Position numbers and translations under genes: made by a program. The notes under the pieces were generated by a model. The model had not been told where the DNA came from. It saw only the letters and a program-made list of their open reading frames with translations, and searched no databases. Shown piece after piece: positions 1 through 14,730 of a stretch of 64,000 nt of DNA; the stretch's first letter is position 1, and each line of letters starts with the position of its first letter. Origin of the DNA: the human T2T-CHM13v2.0 reference genome, Homo sapiens; the NCBI RefSeq assembly GCF_009914755.1, contig NC_060938.1; one strand, 5' to 3'.

Positions 1-26
1 AATTACAATTAAAAAACAGAAGGGGG

Positions 27-804
<778 letters not shown>

Positions 805-1221
805 CTAGAGCCACGGTCGGCACAGACCCCTTTAGTGGGGATGTCCAACAGCTGTGGATGAACTGGCCACTGACACCCCAGCATACCCAAGCAGGGACAG
901 AGATAGGTGCACACCTGTCACCAAAGCCCATCAGCTGAATAGGAAGTGGTGATGCCTTCAAAAGAAAAAACTGCCACCTGTAGAATATTCCCCCTTGGCC
1001 ACGTTTGATTTGGCCACACAACTTTCCAGCAGGACAGGAAGGTTCTCTTTTTTTTTTTTTCCTTGCAAAGCAGCTGAGGAGGTGGGCCAAGGATCCTCTT
1101 CCCCCAGGAGGTTAGCTGGCGAAGGGCTGGCCCCTGCTGTGGCTCCTCTCCTTCAGCAGATGGGCCCTTCCAGTGGGCAGAGGCCTCAGCCTCAAGCTTC
1201 AGGTGACGGGGCAGTGTGTAT

Positions 1222-1241
1222 GGGGTGGGGGTGGGGCGGGG
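1222..1241 (+). other. G-quadruplex-forming motif G4-T-G5-T-G4-C-G4
   Basis: GGGGTGGGGGTGGGGCGGGG read directly from the sequence. Confidence 0.7.
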
Positions 1242-1643
1242 CACGGTGCAGGGAAGCGGGTAGGCATCTGCTCCTTTCCTCCCTCAAGATCCTTTTTGGC
1301 AGCTTGCTATCCACCCGCCCGAAACAAAGGGCCTGCCACCACCATGAGTTGCACAGCAGCTCCTGCCCCAGTGATATTAAACCTCTCCTGGCCACTGAGA
1401 AGCAAGACGCCCTTCCTGGAGGCCCAGGCAAGGCAAGAGCTACACTGAACACTGTGTTCTCCAGCATCAAGGTGAAGTAGAGACACACAAGTCCAGCCGC
1501 TCCTTGAAGCCTCCCTTGCCAAGAGATCTGAGCACAGATAGGCGACATTCCAACCCCAACTCCAGGTCACCAACTTGGGGCGTGGGAAGGGTCTTTCCTT
1601 GGATGGCCATGCCATGTGGCCTCTTGGCACCAAGATGGACCAA

Positions 1644-1713
1644 GAGGGAACCTGGAGAGTGTGGTCAGAGGGTCCAGGAGGGAACCTGGAGAGTGTGGTC
1701 AGAGGGTCCAGGA
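1644..1713. repeat. Perfect 34-bp tandem duplication
   Basis: GAGGGAACCTGGAGAGTGTGGTCAGAGGGTCCAG at 1644-1677 and 1678-1711. Confidence 0.95.
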
Positions 1714-2339
1714 CAGGCTTCTCCAAGGTCCAGGGCAGTGTCGTCCAACCAGCTCAGACATTGAGAACCACCATGAGGCTAGAAACACAGCTCCCACTCC
1801 TGCATCTGTCCCCACTCCACACACCCACTCAAGAAAAATCACTGCAGCTTCATGCTGAAGGCGGGAGTGAAACCAAAAGAAAATCCCCCAGCCAAACTTG
1901 AGCAATAAAGGAAACCAAATCCATGGGTGGGATAAGCTGCCCAGGACCGCACAGCAGGTCAAAGGACAAGGCGGGGATGAACTGTCCCTTAGAATATGCA
2001 CTGTTTTCAATGATGAAAATAGTGTCTCCTCTTTACAAATCCCGGAAAAACAGAAGGGAGAAACACCATGTATCATTCCATCCCTCTGACAAAGCTGCTG
2101 TCACAGCTGTGATATTTTCCTGATGGGCTGTGTATGTGTGCAAGTACACACACACCACGCACAAGGGTAATGAAGTTGCCCTAACAGGGAAGGTGTTTTC
2201 TCTTCACTTTCAGTTGGGGCTCTGTCTGGCTATTCTAAGAGGCCAACACTGCTCAGGCTGGACCATGGACTGTCACAACAAGGGTCCTAGTCCTGCTCTT
2301 TTCCCACCCCACCTGCCAGGGACCCAAAGCGGGTGGTCA

Positions 2340-2642
<303 letters not shown>

Positions 2643-2990
2643 TCAGATAAACCCGCCATATCCAGCCCTACCCCCGACCAAGGCCTATGGCCCTAGTCTG
2701 CTGTTCCAGAGCCCTGGGCTGGGACTTCCTGGACAATTTCCTTGGGGGCGCTCCCAGTAGCAAAAGCATCAACCAAAGTTATATCAGGCAGCAGCCCCGT
2801 CTAAGACACTGCAGGGAGAGAGACGGGGGGATTCAGAGCGATGGCGACATCCCCTTCCCAAGGAAAGCTACTTCTTCCCCCAGAGGTCTCCACTTTGTTC
2901 TAAAGCTGAGACTGACCCAGCCAAGGGGGTCTGGGAGCTCCCGGGGGAGGCAGCCTGGTTCTGTGAGAGCCCCTCAGCCCCCAGCACTCA

Positions 2991-3185
<195 letters not shown>

Positions 3186-3697
3186 CTACTGAAGGAGGAG
3201 CCCTGGCCATCAAGTCTATTCCCTTGACAGAGTTTGAGAAGTTATTTGAGAAACAGAAAAAGCAAGCTGGGAAGCTGTTCAGAGCTAGTCGTGTTACACG
3301 TGTAAATTTTGAGACAACAGTTTTTCAAACTTCAAGAATTAGCTCCCCCTACTCTCTTTTATTCAAAGAAATGGTAATGATACAAAATAAGTCGGCAACC
3401 TCTATCAGGTTGGGGAGGAAGATTTGATCTGGGAAATCTACACATCTAGGGGTCTCCAGACAGGGGAATCCCACAGCCTGAGGGGTGCACACAGCTGAGT
3501 GAGAAGAAAGCATTAGGACTCCTAGACAGATTTTGTTTTTAATCTAAAAAATAAGGTTTCCTTATATTTACTGCACGGATCAATACTGCTGCCCTCTGTG
3601 TGTGAAGCAGCCACGTGTCTATGAGGTTAGGCAGGCAACTGAGGGGGCTCACGGAGCTCCCAGCACAGAAGAAAGACTGCAAACCACACTACCCCCC

Positions 3698-4066
3698 TGC
3701 TAGGTTTGTGCTGTGTCCCCGCCCAAATCTCATCTTGAATTGTAGCTCCCATAATTCCCACGTGTTGTGGGAGAGAGACGGTGGGAGATGATTGAGTCGT
3801 GGGCGTGGTTTCCCCCATACTGTTCTCGTGGTAGTGAATAAGTCTCACGAGGTCTGATGGTTTTCTAAGGGGAAACCCCTTTCACTTGGCTCTCATTCTC
3901 TGCCTGCTGCCATGTAAGAGGTCCCTTTGCTCTCCCTTGCTCTTCTGCAATGACTGTGAGGCCTCCCCAGCCATGTGGAACTGTGAGTCCATTAAACCTC
4001 TTTTTATTTATAAATTACCCAGTCTCGGGTATGTCCTTACCAGCAGCGTGAAAACGGACTAATACA
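3698..4066 (+). mobile_element. THE1-family (ERVL-MaLR) solo LTR
   Basis: TG...CA ends. Hallmark segments CCCAAATCTCATCTTGAATTGTAGCTCCCATAATTCCCACGTG, GTGAATAAGTCTCACGAG and terminal GAAAACGGACTAATACA. Confidence 0.92.
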
Positions 4067-4199
4067 CCCTGTGTTTGTGCCTGTGAATTGGAGGTTAAGG
4101 TACTCAGTGGACTGTGTTCATGAATGATCTCATTTATTTTCAACACACAAAATGGACTTTAAAATGACATTCAAGGGTTCCTACAAAGACCATAACCAC

Positions 4200-4620
4200 C
4201 TAAGCAAAAGCAGACAATTTAAAAATTGGAAAAGCTAATGCTTCTACTTAGCTTAAGCTCTTCGTCAGCTAAATCACAAGAGTAACACAATGATGACTGC
4301 AGAGCTGACAAGAAGTCCACCCAAAAGAATCAAAATCATCAAGAAGGCTATTTGAGAAATGGATTTACATCCACTATCATTAACAAGAACCACACCCCAG
4401 GTGACTACTATGACCCTCTTTCCAACCACTTCAACCCTAAATACCAAGTACCCATAAACCGAACTTGGAACTCTACATTGCTGCATCACAGAGTGTCACA
4501 CCTAGATCTCCATCACAAAGCAATTGAATTGAATCCACGTTGTTTTCATTAAGAAATTCCTTTGATTAAAAATGTTTATGATGTCTATGCCATTAAAACA
4601 AATATTTAAAAAATAGTATC
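4200..4620 (+). mobile_element. Degraded hAT-Charlie-like DNA transposon remnant (approximate limits)
   Basis: Translation near 4334-4390 (NHQEGYLRNGFTSTIIN) resembles a Charlie/ZBED5-type N-terminus. 4440-4552 (TKY..PNLELYIAASQSVTPR..CFH*, across frameshifts) resembles the C-terminus. Confidence 0.45.
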
Positions 4621-4790
4621 TCCATCTCATCTTGTAAAAGTTTGTTTCAGTATGTGTGTTTTATCACAGGCACAACAATACACAAATATTATTATGCAAG
4701 ATAAATACAGGCATAGCAGACATAAAGCTCAAAAACTGCCCGAGTGTGGAATCAAGCGTAGAGATCACCTCTCCAGACCATGGCGGCCCT

Positions 4791-4824
4791 TGCAGATCTG
4801 TGAAATGGCCACTAGAGGGTGCTA
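4791..4824 (+). promoter_or_regulatory. CTCF motif with putative upstream (ZF9-11) module
   Basis: TGGCCACTAGAGGGTGCTA at 4806-4824 versus consensus TGGCCACCAGGGGGCGCTA. TGCAG at 4791-4795 lies 15 bp upstream. Confidence 0.6.
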
Positions 4825-5136
4825 GGGGAGCAAAGTGGAGGACGGGGTTAGCGCCCCTCCTGGTCCTTCCTCCCAGCCGCTATTTCCCCACCCTTTCAGA
4901 TTAACAACCCAAGAGCCAGGTGGGTTTTCCAATATACTTCCCCATGGCAGCCTTGGGCTTTCCCAAAGTGGGGAGTTTCCCTGAGGCCAACATGCCTATG
5001 AGAATCAGAATGGCAAACAGTTCTTTTTTCTACATTGACTGGAGGAGAAGGCTGATGCCCAATAAATGAGCAAGAAGCCCAGGACATGGCCCCTGATCAA
5101 CGTCCGTTGCCCTGGGTATGGGAGTTCTCCAGGCTA

Positions 5137-5370
<234 letters not shown>

Positions 5371-5417
5371 CTAGGAATCAAAAGACTCCAGAGCTCTACT
5401 TCTAGAGGGAAACAGGA

Positions 5418-5860
<443 letters not shown>

Positions 5861-6977
5861 TGATCTGTGTTCCCAGCCTGATGAAGAGGGGAGGATTTCT
5901 AAGCAATCACAAATGTTCTGGCAATTCTGTGAGCTGGGGCTCTCTGGGCAATCACAGCTCTCAAAATAGCCACCCACACGTGGAAAAACAGTGGAATCAA
6001 GAGAAAGTCACAAACTTAAAGTTTTGTAAATTGCCATCTTGAACTATCCACTGACTCAATCTCACAATGCCATCAGTTTGGGTATTAAAACAGATGTTTT
6101 TTTAAAAAATCAAACAATAGCTTCAAGATCACAGCTAAGAGATAACCCAATATATTTAGTCTAAGCAGCACCTTTTAGAGTTTTAGAATCTACAAGTTCT
6201 ATGAAGTAGATTTTCTCTTTTTTTCTGTACCAGGCCTAATGGCAGGGAATACAACATAAATAAGCCCTATTTTAAGGAGCCCAATACATGGAGCAATCTA
6301 TGGTCTTGTGGTTGAACAAGTGATACTCAAATGTAGATTCCACACCCACTCATCACCTGCTTCCAGACCAGGAGATAGTAATCCGGCCCATGGTAAGACA
6401 CGCTCAGTTAAGAGTAAGGTACCCAAAGAATATCTTTTTTTTTCCTACCTGCAACATTAATTTTAGGGGAGACCCAATAGAACCATGAGAAGGATCAATT
6501 TCTAGGCAGTTCTGACCCTACTAGGATTTGCATCCCACAAACCCCTGAAACAAGAGTGGATTTCCATTAAGGATGGTATACTCTAACATCTTAGCCCCTT
6601 TCCCAAAAGTGAGGGCAAAACTGTATGCTGTTCCATGACCAGCCGGGTGTAGTCCATGGAGCAGTGCTTGGCCACAGCCACCTCCCAGGGGAGCGGGTAA
6701 CCTGCTGAGTCTGCATGGGATGCTGAGCAAAGGAACAAGTGTCCACTTTGGACTTGGAATAGGATGTAACCCTTCTTGTAAACAGGGAAGTAAAAATGCC
6801 CCTCCCAGAGCCCCAGACACCAGGCGGGGCACAGTCCCACATCCAAATGCTTGGGTTGGAGAGAAACAGAGAGCTGAGCAGCATGCAACCCCTTTTGCTA
6901 CCAAGCAACACAGCCAGCCAGCATTTTGCAGTCCACATTGTGGGGAGGTAGTACTACTCATCAAGAATCAACTCATA

Positions 6978-7262
6978 GACCTGGCACAGTGGCTCGAGCC
7001 TGTACTCCCAACACTTTGGGAGGCCAAGACAGGTGGATTGCTTGAACCCAGGTGTTCAAGACCAGCCTGGGCAACATGACAAAACCCCATCTCTACAAAA
7101 ATACAAAAATTAAACAGGCATGGTAGTGCCTGTAGTCCCAGCTACTCAGGCTTAAGTGGGAGGATTGCTTGAGCCAAGGCAGAGGCTGCAGTGAGCTGTG
7201 AATCCATCCTGGGCAACAAAGCAAGACCCTCTCTAAAAAAATGAATAAATAAAATAAAAAAG
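6978..7262 (+). mobile_element. Alu (AluJ-like)
   Basis: Diverged dimer. TSD-like AAGAATCAACTCATA (6963-6977) / AGGAATCGGCTCATA (7266-7280). Confidence 0.9.
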
Positions 7263-7520
7263 TAAAGGAATCGGCTCATAAATCTTTGATATTTTAAAAA
7301 ATGCACTTTCATTTGTTATTTCCAATGGTTTAAAGAGTTCATCTCAATTGAAAAGACAATTGAAAAATACTAAACTCTCAATAAATAGGCAAAAGACAAA
7401 AAAATCATAAAACATGAAATACAAATAACCAATTCACAAGAATGTTCAATCTCACTTGTAATCAAAGAAATAAGATCACCTTCCCAGCTATTAAATTAGC
7501 AAAGTTAAAAAACAAAGTTA

Positions 7521-7841
7521 GGCTGGGTGAAGTAGCTCATGCCTTTAATCCTAGCACTTTGGGAGGCCAAGGTGGGAGGATCGCTTGAGCCCAGGAGTTC
7601 AAGACCAGCCGGGGCAACATAGGAGACCTTGTCTCTACAAAAAAATGAAAAAATTAGCCAGGTGCAGTGGTGCAAACTTGTAGTCCTAGCTTCTTGGGAG
7701 GCAGAGGCAGGAGGACTGGGGACTGAGCCCAGGAGCTCAAGGTTGCAGTGAGCTGTGTGATATCACCGCTGCACTCCAACCTAAGCGACAAGTTGAGACC
7801 CTGTCTCTTAAAAACAAAACAAAACAAAACAAACAAAAAAA
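7521..7841 (+). mobile_element. Alu (AluJ-like) with (CAAAA)n tail, inside an old L1M-like fragment
   Basis: GGATCGCTTGAGCCCAGGAGTTCAAG J-type motif; A-rich, L1-like flanks. Confidence 0.9.
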
Positions 7842-8269
7842 CCCAAAGTTGAAAACCACACGCCTTGATGTCAGCAAGGCCACCACACTAGAAGTGTAAA
7901 TTGGTTTAAAAAACAATAATAATAATTTCTGGGAAATTAATCAATTAATCTGGGAAATAATTTGGCCACAAGGAGCACGCATTTTACAGTTGCTCAGCTT
8001 TTTGGCAGTATAATTTTATCTCCAGGAATCTATCCCTAGCCAATGAAAGGAAATGCAGAGTAAGGTTCCTGAATGAATGCACTTGCTGCAAGGCTATTTA
8101 TCACACCCCGTACTTAGAAACCTCGCAAAGGTACACAGTACACAGAATGACCAAGTAAATCCCCAGACCCCATATCACCCTCTGCTAAAAAACCTCCACA
8201 GCTTCCCACCTCCCTGAGAGTCAAAGCCAGTGGCCAGAGAGGCCCTCGTGGTCTGGCCGCCTGGGCCTC

Positions 8270-8370
8270 TTGTTCCCCCTCCTCCCCCTGCTCCTTCTTC
8301 CCCTCCTTCTCCTCCTCCTCCTCCCCGTCCCCCCTGCTCGGGCCTCCCTGCAGCTCCCCTTCCCTAGATA
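8270..8370. repeat. CT-rich low-complexity / (CCT)n tract
   Basis: Pyrimidine-rich run including CTCCTCCTCCTCCTCCCC. Confidence 0.8.
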
Positions 8371-8439
8371 CCCACGTGGCCTGTCCCTGCCTCCTGCCAG
8401 TTTCACTCACACGTCCCCTTCTCATGGACACCTCCCTTG

Positions 8440-8636
8440 ACCACCCAAGTTCCTCCCTGCTTTGGTTTTCTCCATCTGACAGGTGTACATGTGTATTTTC
8501 TCTCTTTCCCCTCTAGAATGTAAGCCCCTTGAGGGTAAGAATACTTCCTGTTTTGCATCACTGCTTAGAGTTCAGTATGAAGCCTGGCACAGGCAAAGCC
8601 CCCATCAGCATCTGCTGAGTGAACGAATGAGTGAAC
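8440..8636 (+). mobile_element. L2 3' end fragment
   Basis: CTAGAATGTAAGCCCCTTGAGGG...GCCTGGCACAG...GAGTGAACGAATGAGTGA. Confidence 0.75.
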
Positions 8637-8644
8637 AAACACTA

Positions 8645-9085
<441 letters not shown>

Positions 9086-10663
9086 TTAATGCTTATGAGT
9101 GCTTAATAACTTAGAAAAATTTTTTAGCATGGGAAGTGGGAAAAGCAGGTAAAAAATTTCATAAACAGTGTTTAAAATATAAGGGAAAAATTTTTTAAGC
9201 CTAGAAAAAAGCTCTGAGTGGTAATCCCATGGTTTGGCCTTCCTAGGAGTGGGGCTGCAATGCTAGCCCTCCCTTGGTCCCCCACATGCTGCCCCACTCT
9301 GTGACGGCCAAACTCCAGGGCCTCCCGCTGGCCCTGAGCTCACTGCCTGCAGATTTGCCCTCTTGGAGTCCTCCCGGAGGGACTGGGAGAGGCAGGTGGC
9401 TTCTTTTTAGGGTCTTGCCTACTTATTCCTCTTCTTCTTCCCCAGAAACTCCCCAGAGAATTTTGCTTACTGAATTCTCATTCACACCAAAGGCATAGTT
9501 TCACTCCAGAAAACAGAGGCGCCAAGCACGAGCATAGAGAGTAGGGCGTGCTTAATTAGCAGCCCATGCACGCCCAGCCCCAGTTCCCACCTGACTCCCA
9601 TCCCATCCACTCTCCTTCCCCTTCCCTGGCATGGCAGGTCCTGTATACCGGGCCTCCGGCTTCTCAACGTTTGCAGCAGGGGTGCCTCATCTCTCAGGCA
9701 GCTTTATGTCAGGGACTGCTTAGAAGGCTGGCCCCAAAGGGAGGGTTCCAAGGCCACAACTGGGCTTTGTGGAAAAACCTTGGTGACAGATTAACAGCGT
9801 CTGTAATGTAGACCTTCTTGGTCTACAGCGAGCTATGAAGCTGCTCACATCCCCTGTTTACTGGGAACATGTTTCTCCCTCCTTCTCTCTCCAGGGACAC
9901 CGTCATCTGTTCAGTATTCAGACGGCAGAATGAATGCTGCAGAAATTCCATGTGACAGAAACTAGAACCCCAGGGGCCACCACCTCCCAGACCAATGCTG
10001 TGGTATGGCACCCACCGCCCCCTCCATCCTAAAGATACATGCTACCTCACTGAGCCCACCTCCATGCTCACAGCACCCAAACCCTCAGGCTCCACCTGCC
10101 CAAAGACCTTAAAATACAAAATCCTTTTTGAGTTCTCTCCCCTGGTTAACTACATTCCAACCACTCACCCAGGCCAATTCCATGAAGTCTATGCATTCTA
10201 GAACCAAATATCGTAGGGGAGACCTTAAGGATCTGCTCTAACCTCCCCTTTATGTGTGGAAGCTCCTTGTCTCCAGCCTTCATGTGCACACCTTCAGGGA
10301 CAGGGAACTCATAACCCTCCCAGAGCCCCGGCTCCATTTCCCAAGGCTCCCAGAGTCCACCTACCTACAGGGTACCTATTCTGGGCCTGGTTCTGCCCTT
10401 CGGAGTCAGCCAGAGGTCTTAGTCCTTGCACTGCATGATAATCCTTCAAAGACTTTGGTGGGGGGTGAGGGGTGTCCCTGCTGGGCCTGGTCTCCACAGT
10501 CACAGCCTTCAGCAGCCCAGGATGGACAACCTGCAACGTTCCCCCGCTCCCCTTCCAGGAGAGCTCATTCTATGCCATCTGCCCATCACCTTTTATTTTA
10601 TAATCGACATCAATAAACTCCATTTCACTTTTAAAAGCCCACAAAACGCCATTTGCTGCCTCA

Positions 10664-11120
<457 letters not shown>

Positions 11121-11336
11121 AAGGAGCCTTTTCAAAATCTTTAGAGAAGCTAGGCCTGCGTCAAAGGAAACGGGAAAACTGAGGCTGCCAGGTGAATGAC
11201 CTTCCCAGCACAGCAGCAGCAGTGAGATGAGAGTTCACGCCAGTGTTCCTCTCACTCCTCACCCCTGAGGCCAGCATGGCAGGGGCAGGCTTGATCTGCC
11301 ATCTCAGTACTGAAGACAATTCGATGTGAAAGTTCT

Positions 11337-11635
11337 GGCCGGGCGCGGTGGCTCACGCCTGTAATCCCAGCACTTTGGGAAGCTGAGGCGGGTGGATCAC
11401 GAGGTCAGGAGATCGAGACCATCCTGGTTAACACGGTGAAACCCCGTCTCTACTAAAAATATTTTTAAAAAAATTAGCCAGGCGTGGTGGTGGGCGCCTG
11501 TAGTCCCAGCTACTCGGGAGGCTGAGGCAGGAGAATGGCGTCAACCTGGGAGGCGGAGCTTGCAGCGAGTCAAGATCGCCCCTCTACACTCCAGCCTGGG
11601 CGACAGAGTGAGACTCCGTCTCAAAAAAAAAAAAA
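11337..11635 (+). mobile_element. AluY
   Basis: Y-diagnostic GATCACGAGGTCAGGAGATCGAGACCATCCTGG, AGAATGGCGT and GGAGCTTGCAG; CpG-rich. Confidence 0.93.
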
Positions 11636-11651
11636 GAAGTTTCAGATCTTA

Positions 11652-11788
11652 GGCCAGGCGCGGTGGCGCACACCTGTAATCTCAACACTTTGGGAGGCCG
11701 AGGCGGGCGGATCACAAGGTCAGGAGATAGAGACCATCCTGGCTAGCACAGTGAAATCCCATCTCTACTAAAAAAAAAAAAAAGAAAA
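11652..11788 (+). mobile_element. Alu left monomer only (AluY/Sc type) ending in an A tail
   Basis: GGCCAGGCGCGGTGG...GAGACCATCCTGGCTAG...CTCTACT(A)n. Confidence 0.9.
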
Positions 11789-11929
11789 GAAAGTTCTGTC
11801 CTGGGCTCTGACTGGGGAGGCAGCACTGCCGACAGTAACAGGAAGAGGAAGGCCTCAGCTCTGGAGCCTACCCCTGGGTTTAACCCTGGATCTGCCACAT
11901 AGAAGCAGTCTGGCTCAGAGCCTGGGCTC

Positions 11930-12095
11930 AACTGATGACACTCTTCCACTCTAGCAACTTTTCTGAGCCTCAGTTTCCTTAACTGTAAAACGTGGCTGGT
12001 GATACCCATCCTACGAGCCCATCATGAGTGTAGCAGGAGATGGCCCACGTAAAGCACCCTGTCTAGCAACACAGAGTGGGTACTCGGTGAGTGCT
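11930..12095 (+). mobile_element. MIR fragment
   Basis: Core TCTGAGCCTCAGTTTCCTTAACTGTAAAA. Confidence 0.7.
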
Positions 12096-12751
12096 ATTCT
12101 CTTCCACCTTCCCCTTCCCTGCCCTCCTCCCCTTTGGTAGAGGCTTTAAAGAGCAAACAAGTTATTTTTTTAAATTTAGTTGCCAAATTTTTCTTTTCAA
12201 AAAATCTGGATTTCTGGCTTCTTTTGAAAAACTGGAAGATCTAGCAGCACTGGATCCACACAGCAGCAACTTCTTACATCCACAAGGTGCCCATCCCGCT
12301 TAGGACATGACTCTCTAGCTTGCCACGGTCCCTACCCACCCCTGCCACTGACCCCTGAACCACTTCACAAATTCTCTACACTTCCCTGCCCCAGGGGCAT
12401 CCGAGCCTGCACTAACCACCTGGGTGACTTTCTTTGGCTTCCCACGCCTGCTTAGTTATAACTTTTTCTGCCAAGTCTTGAATTGCTCCCTAATAAAGCA
12501 AACTGTTCTTTTCTTATTATAAGGCAGAGAACATCTTCCTCATCACAAAGCAGATTATACTGCTATATGTAAATCCTTTTAACATGTATTGAGCACCTAC
12601 TGTGTGCATCATGCTGCTAGGAACTGGGGCCACAGGATGTAGAAACCAAGGTTTCTGCCTTTGAGAAGCTCACAGCTGGTGGGGGAGATGCTGGAATCCA
12701 TAAGGCACCTTGCGTGACCACCTTGGGCACTGGCCTGAATTCCAGATAAGG

Positions 12752-12959
12752 CAGAGGTGAGCAAACTTTTTCTGTAGAGGGCCTGATAAGAAATGTTTCT
12801 GGCTCTATGATCCATATAAGCTCTGTAGCAACTACTCAACTCTGTCATTGCAGCACAAAGCCACTGATGATACATTAACACCGGTGTGCTGTGTTCCAAT
12901 ATTTCCAAAAATCCAAATCAGCCGGACTCGACCCCATGCACTGCAGTTTGCTGAGCCTG
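12752..12959. mobile_element. MER58-like hAT MITE
   Basis: Ends CAGAGGTGAGCAAACT ... AGTTTGCTGAGCCTG; internal GCAACTACTCAACTCTG and GCTGTGTTCCAATA. Confidence 0.8.
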
Positions 12960-13124
12960 TGTTAAAGTTCTCCATTTGATAAATATCCCTCCATTTCTAG
13001 AAGAGAGGGGACTGTAAGCTTCAACCAGAGAAGAGATCTGCTCCTATGGACTTCCCAGGAGCAAGACCCCTGCCCCCTCCAAGGGAAGGCCACTCTCAGG
13101 GCATTCCTCTGGTGTCACGAAGAC

Positions 13125-13270
13125 CTGCGTTTGAGTTCTGGCTTTGCCACTTACTGATGGCGGAACCTTGAGGAAGTCACGTAATCTCTTTAAGCATCTG
13201 TTTTCTTATGGCAAAATCAGGATAATTAATTCTTAGAGCTACCTCATAGGGTTGTTGTGAGGATTAAGTA
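13125..13270 (+). mobile_element. MIR fragment
   Basis: GGCTTTGCCACTTACT...ACCTCATAGGGTTGTTGTGAGGATTAA. Confidence 0.75.
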
Positions 13271-14012
13271 TATGCCACAGAGTGAGCAATCCATTCTCAC
13301 AGCCACGATGTGTCTTGAATGAGTGAGATTCGTTCATCTTTAGGTCTCTGACATCACGCAGCAGGTGCCCCATAAATACTTGCTAAATCCATGGTCACAG
13401 GACTGAAGGGGCCTGGATAGAACATTTTCTGCCCACTCTAAACAACCCACTCTCAATTTTTCAGAGCCACCACCATGCACACAAGAAATTACACTACCTT
13501 CTTTTAATCATTAAGGAAATGCTAATAGCTTTTTTGGTAAGTGTTTCTAAGTAAAAGTTAAAGAGTTAGGAAGCTACACTGCAGGGAAATGCTATTAAAA
13601 ATGTTCCTAGAGGCTTCGGGACTTCAGTCTTCCCAGGGCCCCGGGGAGTCTCGGGGCAGCCTCCAGCCTCCACCAGCCTGTGTCTGCACACCCTTTCCAG
13701 CCCATACACAAATCCTCTGCTCCAGGCAACACCGTGCAGTCAGGCCTCTGGATGGGGGAGGTGGCATGCCACACACACAGGACTCCACAGAGCAAGGACG
13801 TGGCTAAGCAGGTGCAGGCATGGGAACAGGGGTCTAAGTCCTTGGTTTTGGGCAGGGCTGAGACTAGAAGAAAAGCGCTGTTGCAATACAAAGCCTCCAC
13901 AGGCGACCAGATGGAGGTGCTGGGGACCCACTGCCCAATGCCCCCAAGTGATGCATGGGCCCAGGAGGCAGCACAAAAAAGGCCAAGAGAACCAGGGGGA
14001 CAAAGAAAATCA

Positions 14013-14222
<210 letters not shown>

Positions 14223-14404
14223 CTACTACCACTACACCCTCATCCAAAGCACAGCTTAGCTAGGCAGAAGCATGTGCATGTGTGCACGTGTGTGTGTGCT
14301 CACACGCTGCTCAGGGGCTGGAGAATGTCACCCTGGCAGGGAATGAGAGGGAGAATCTACCCTGCCTCTTCTTTCTTCTGCTTCTCAGGTCGAAATCTGC
14401 TTGC

Positions 14405-14730
14405 ATCCACTCAACATTTATTTATCGAGCCCCTACCGCATGCCAGGGATTTGGCTGGGTGCTAGGAATAGGGGGGTGAACAAAACAGTTTCTTGCCTTT
14501 ATGTAATTACAGTCCAGTAGGAGAGACAGACCTTAAATAGAGAAACACAAATAAATATATACAATGAACAAATACAAAGAAAGATCCATGCTCTTCAAAA
14601 GAGGAGGAGGAAGAGGAAGGAGGAACTGAGGAGTGATCAGGAAAGGTCTGAGTCTTTGCAGCCAGGCAAACAAAGCAAGGAATGATGATCAAGGCAGAAG
14701 GAACAGTACATGCAAAGGCCCTGAACTCCT
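14405..14730 (-). mobile_element. L2 fragment
   Basis: CAACATTTATTTATCGAGC...TACAGTCCAGTAGGAGAGACAGAC...TGCAAAGGCCCTGA. Confidence 0.7.

Noticed and set aside
830-860. GGGGATGTCCA resembling part of ACTN1 exon 7 (LDIP)
   Set aside because: The flanks do not encode DDPLTNLNTAF or KMLDAED; exon 7 is outside the window.
3789-3799. DUX4-site position in the THE1 LTR
   Set aside because: It reads TGATTGAGTCG, several mismatches from a DUX4 motif, so it is unlikely to be functional, unlike the MLT2A site.
4845-4868. Possible second, inverted CTCF site (TAGCGCCCCTCCTGGTCC)
   Set aside because: The core is one base short and aligns poorly to the consensus.
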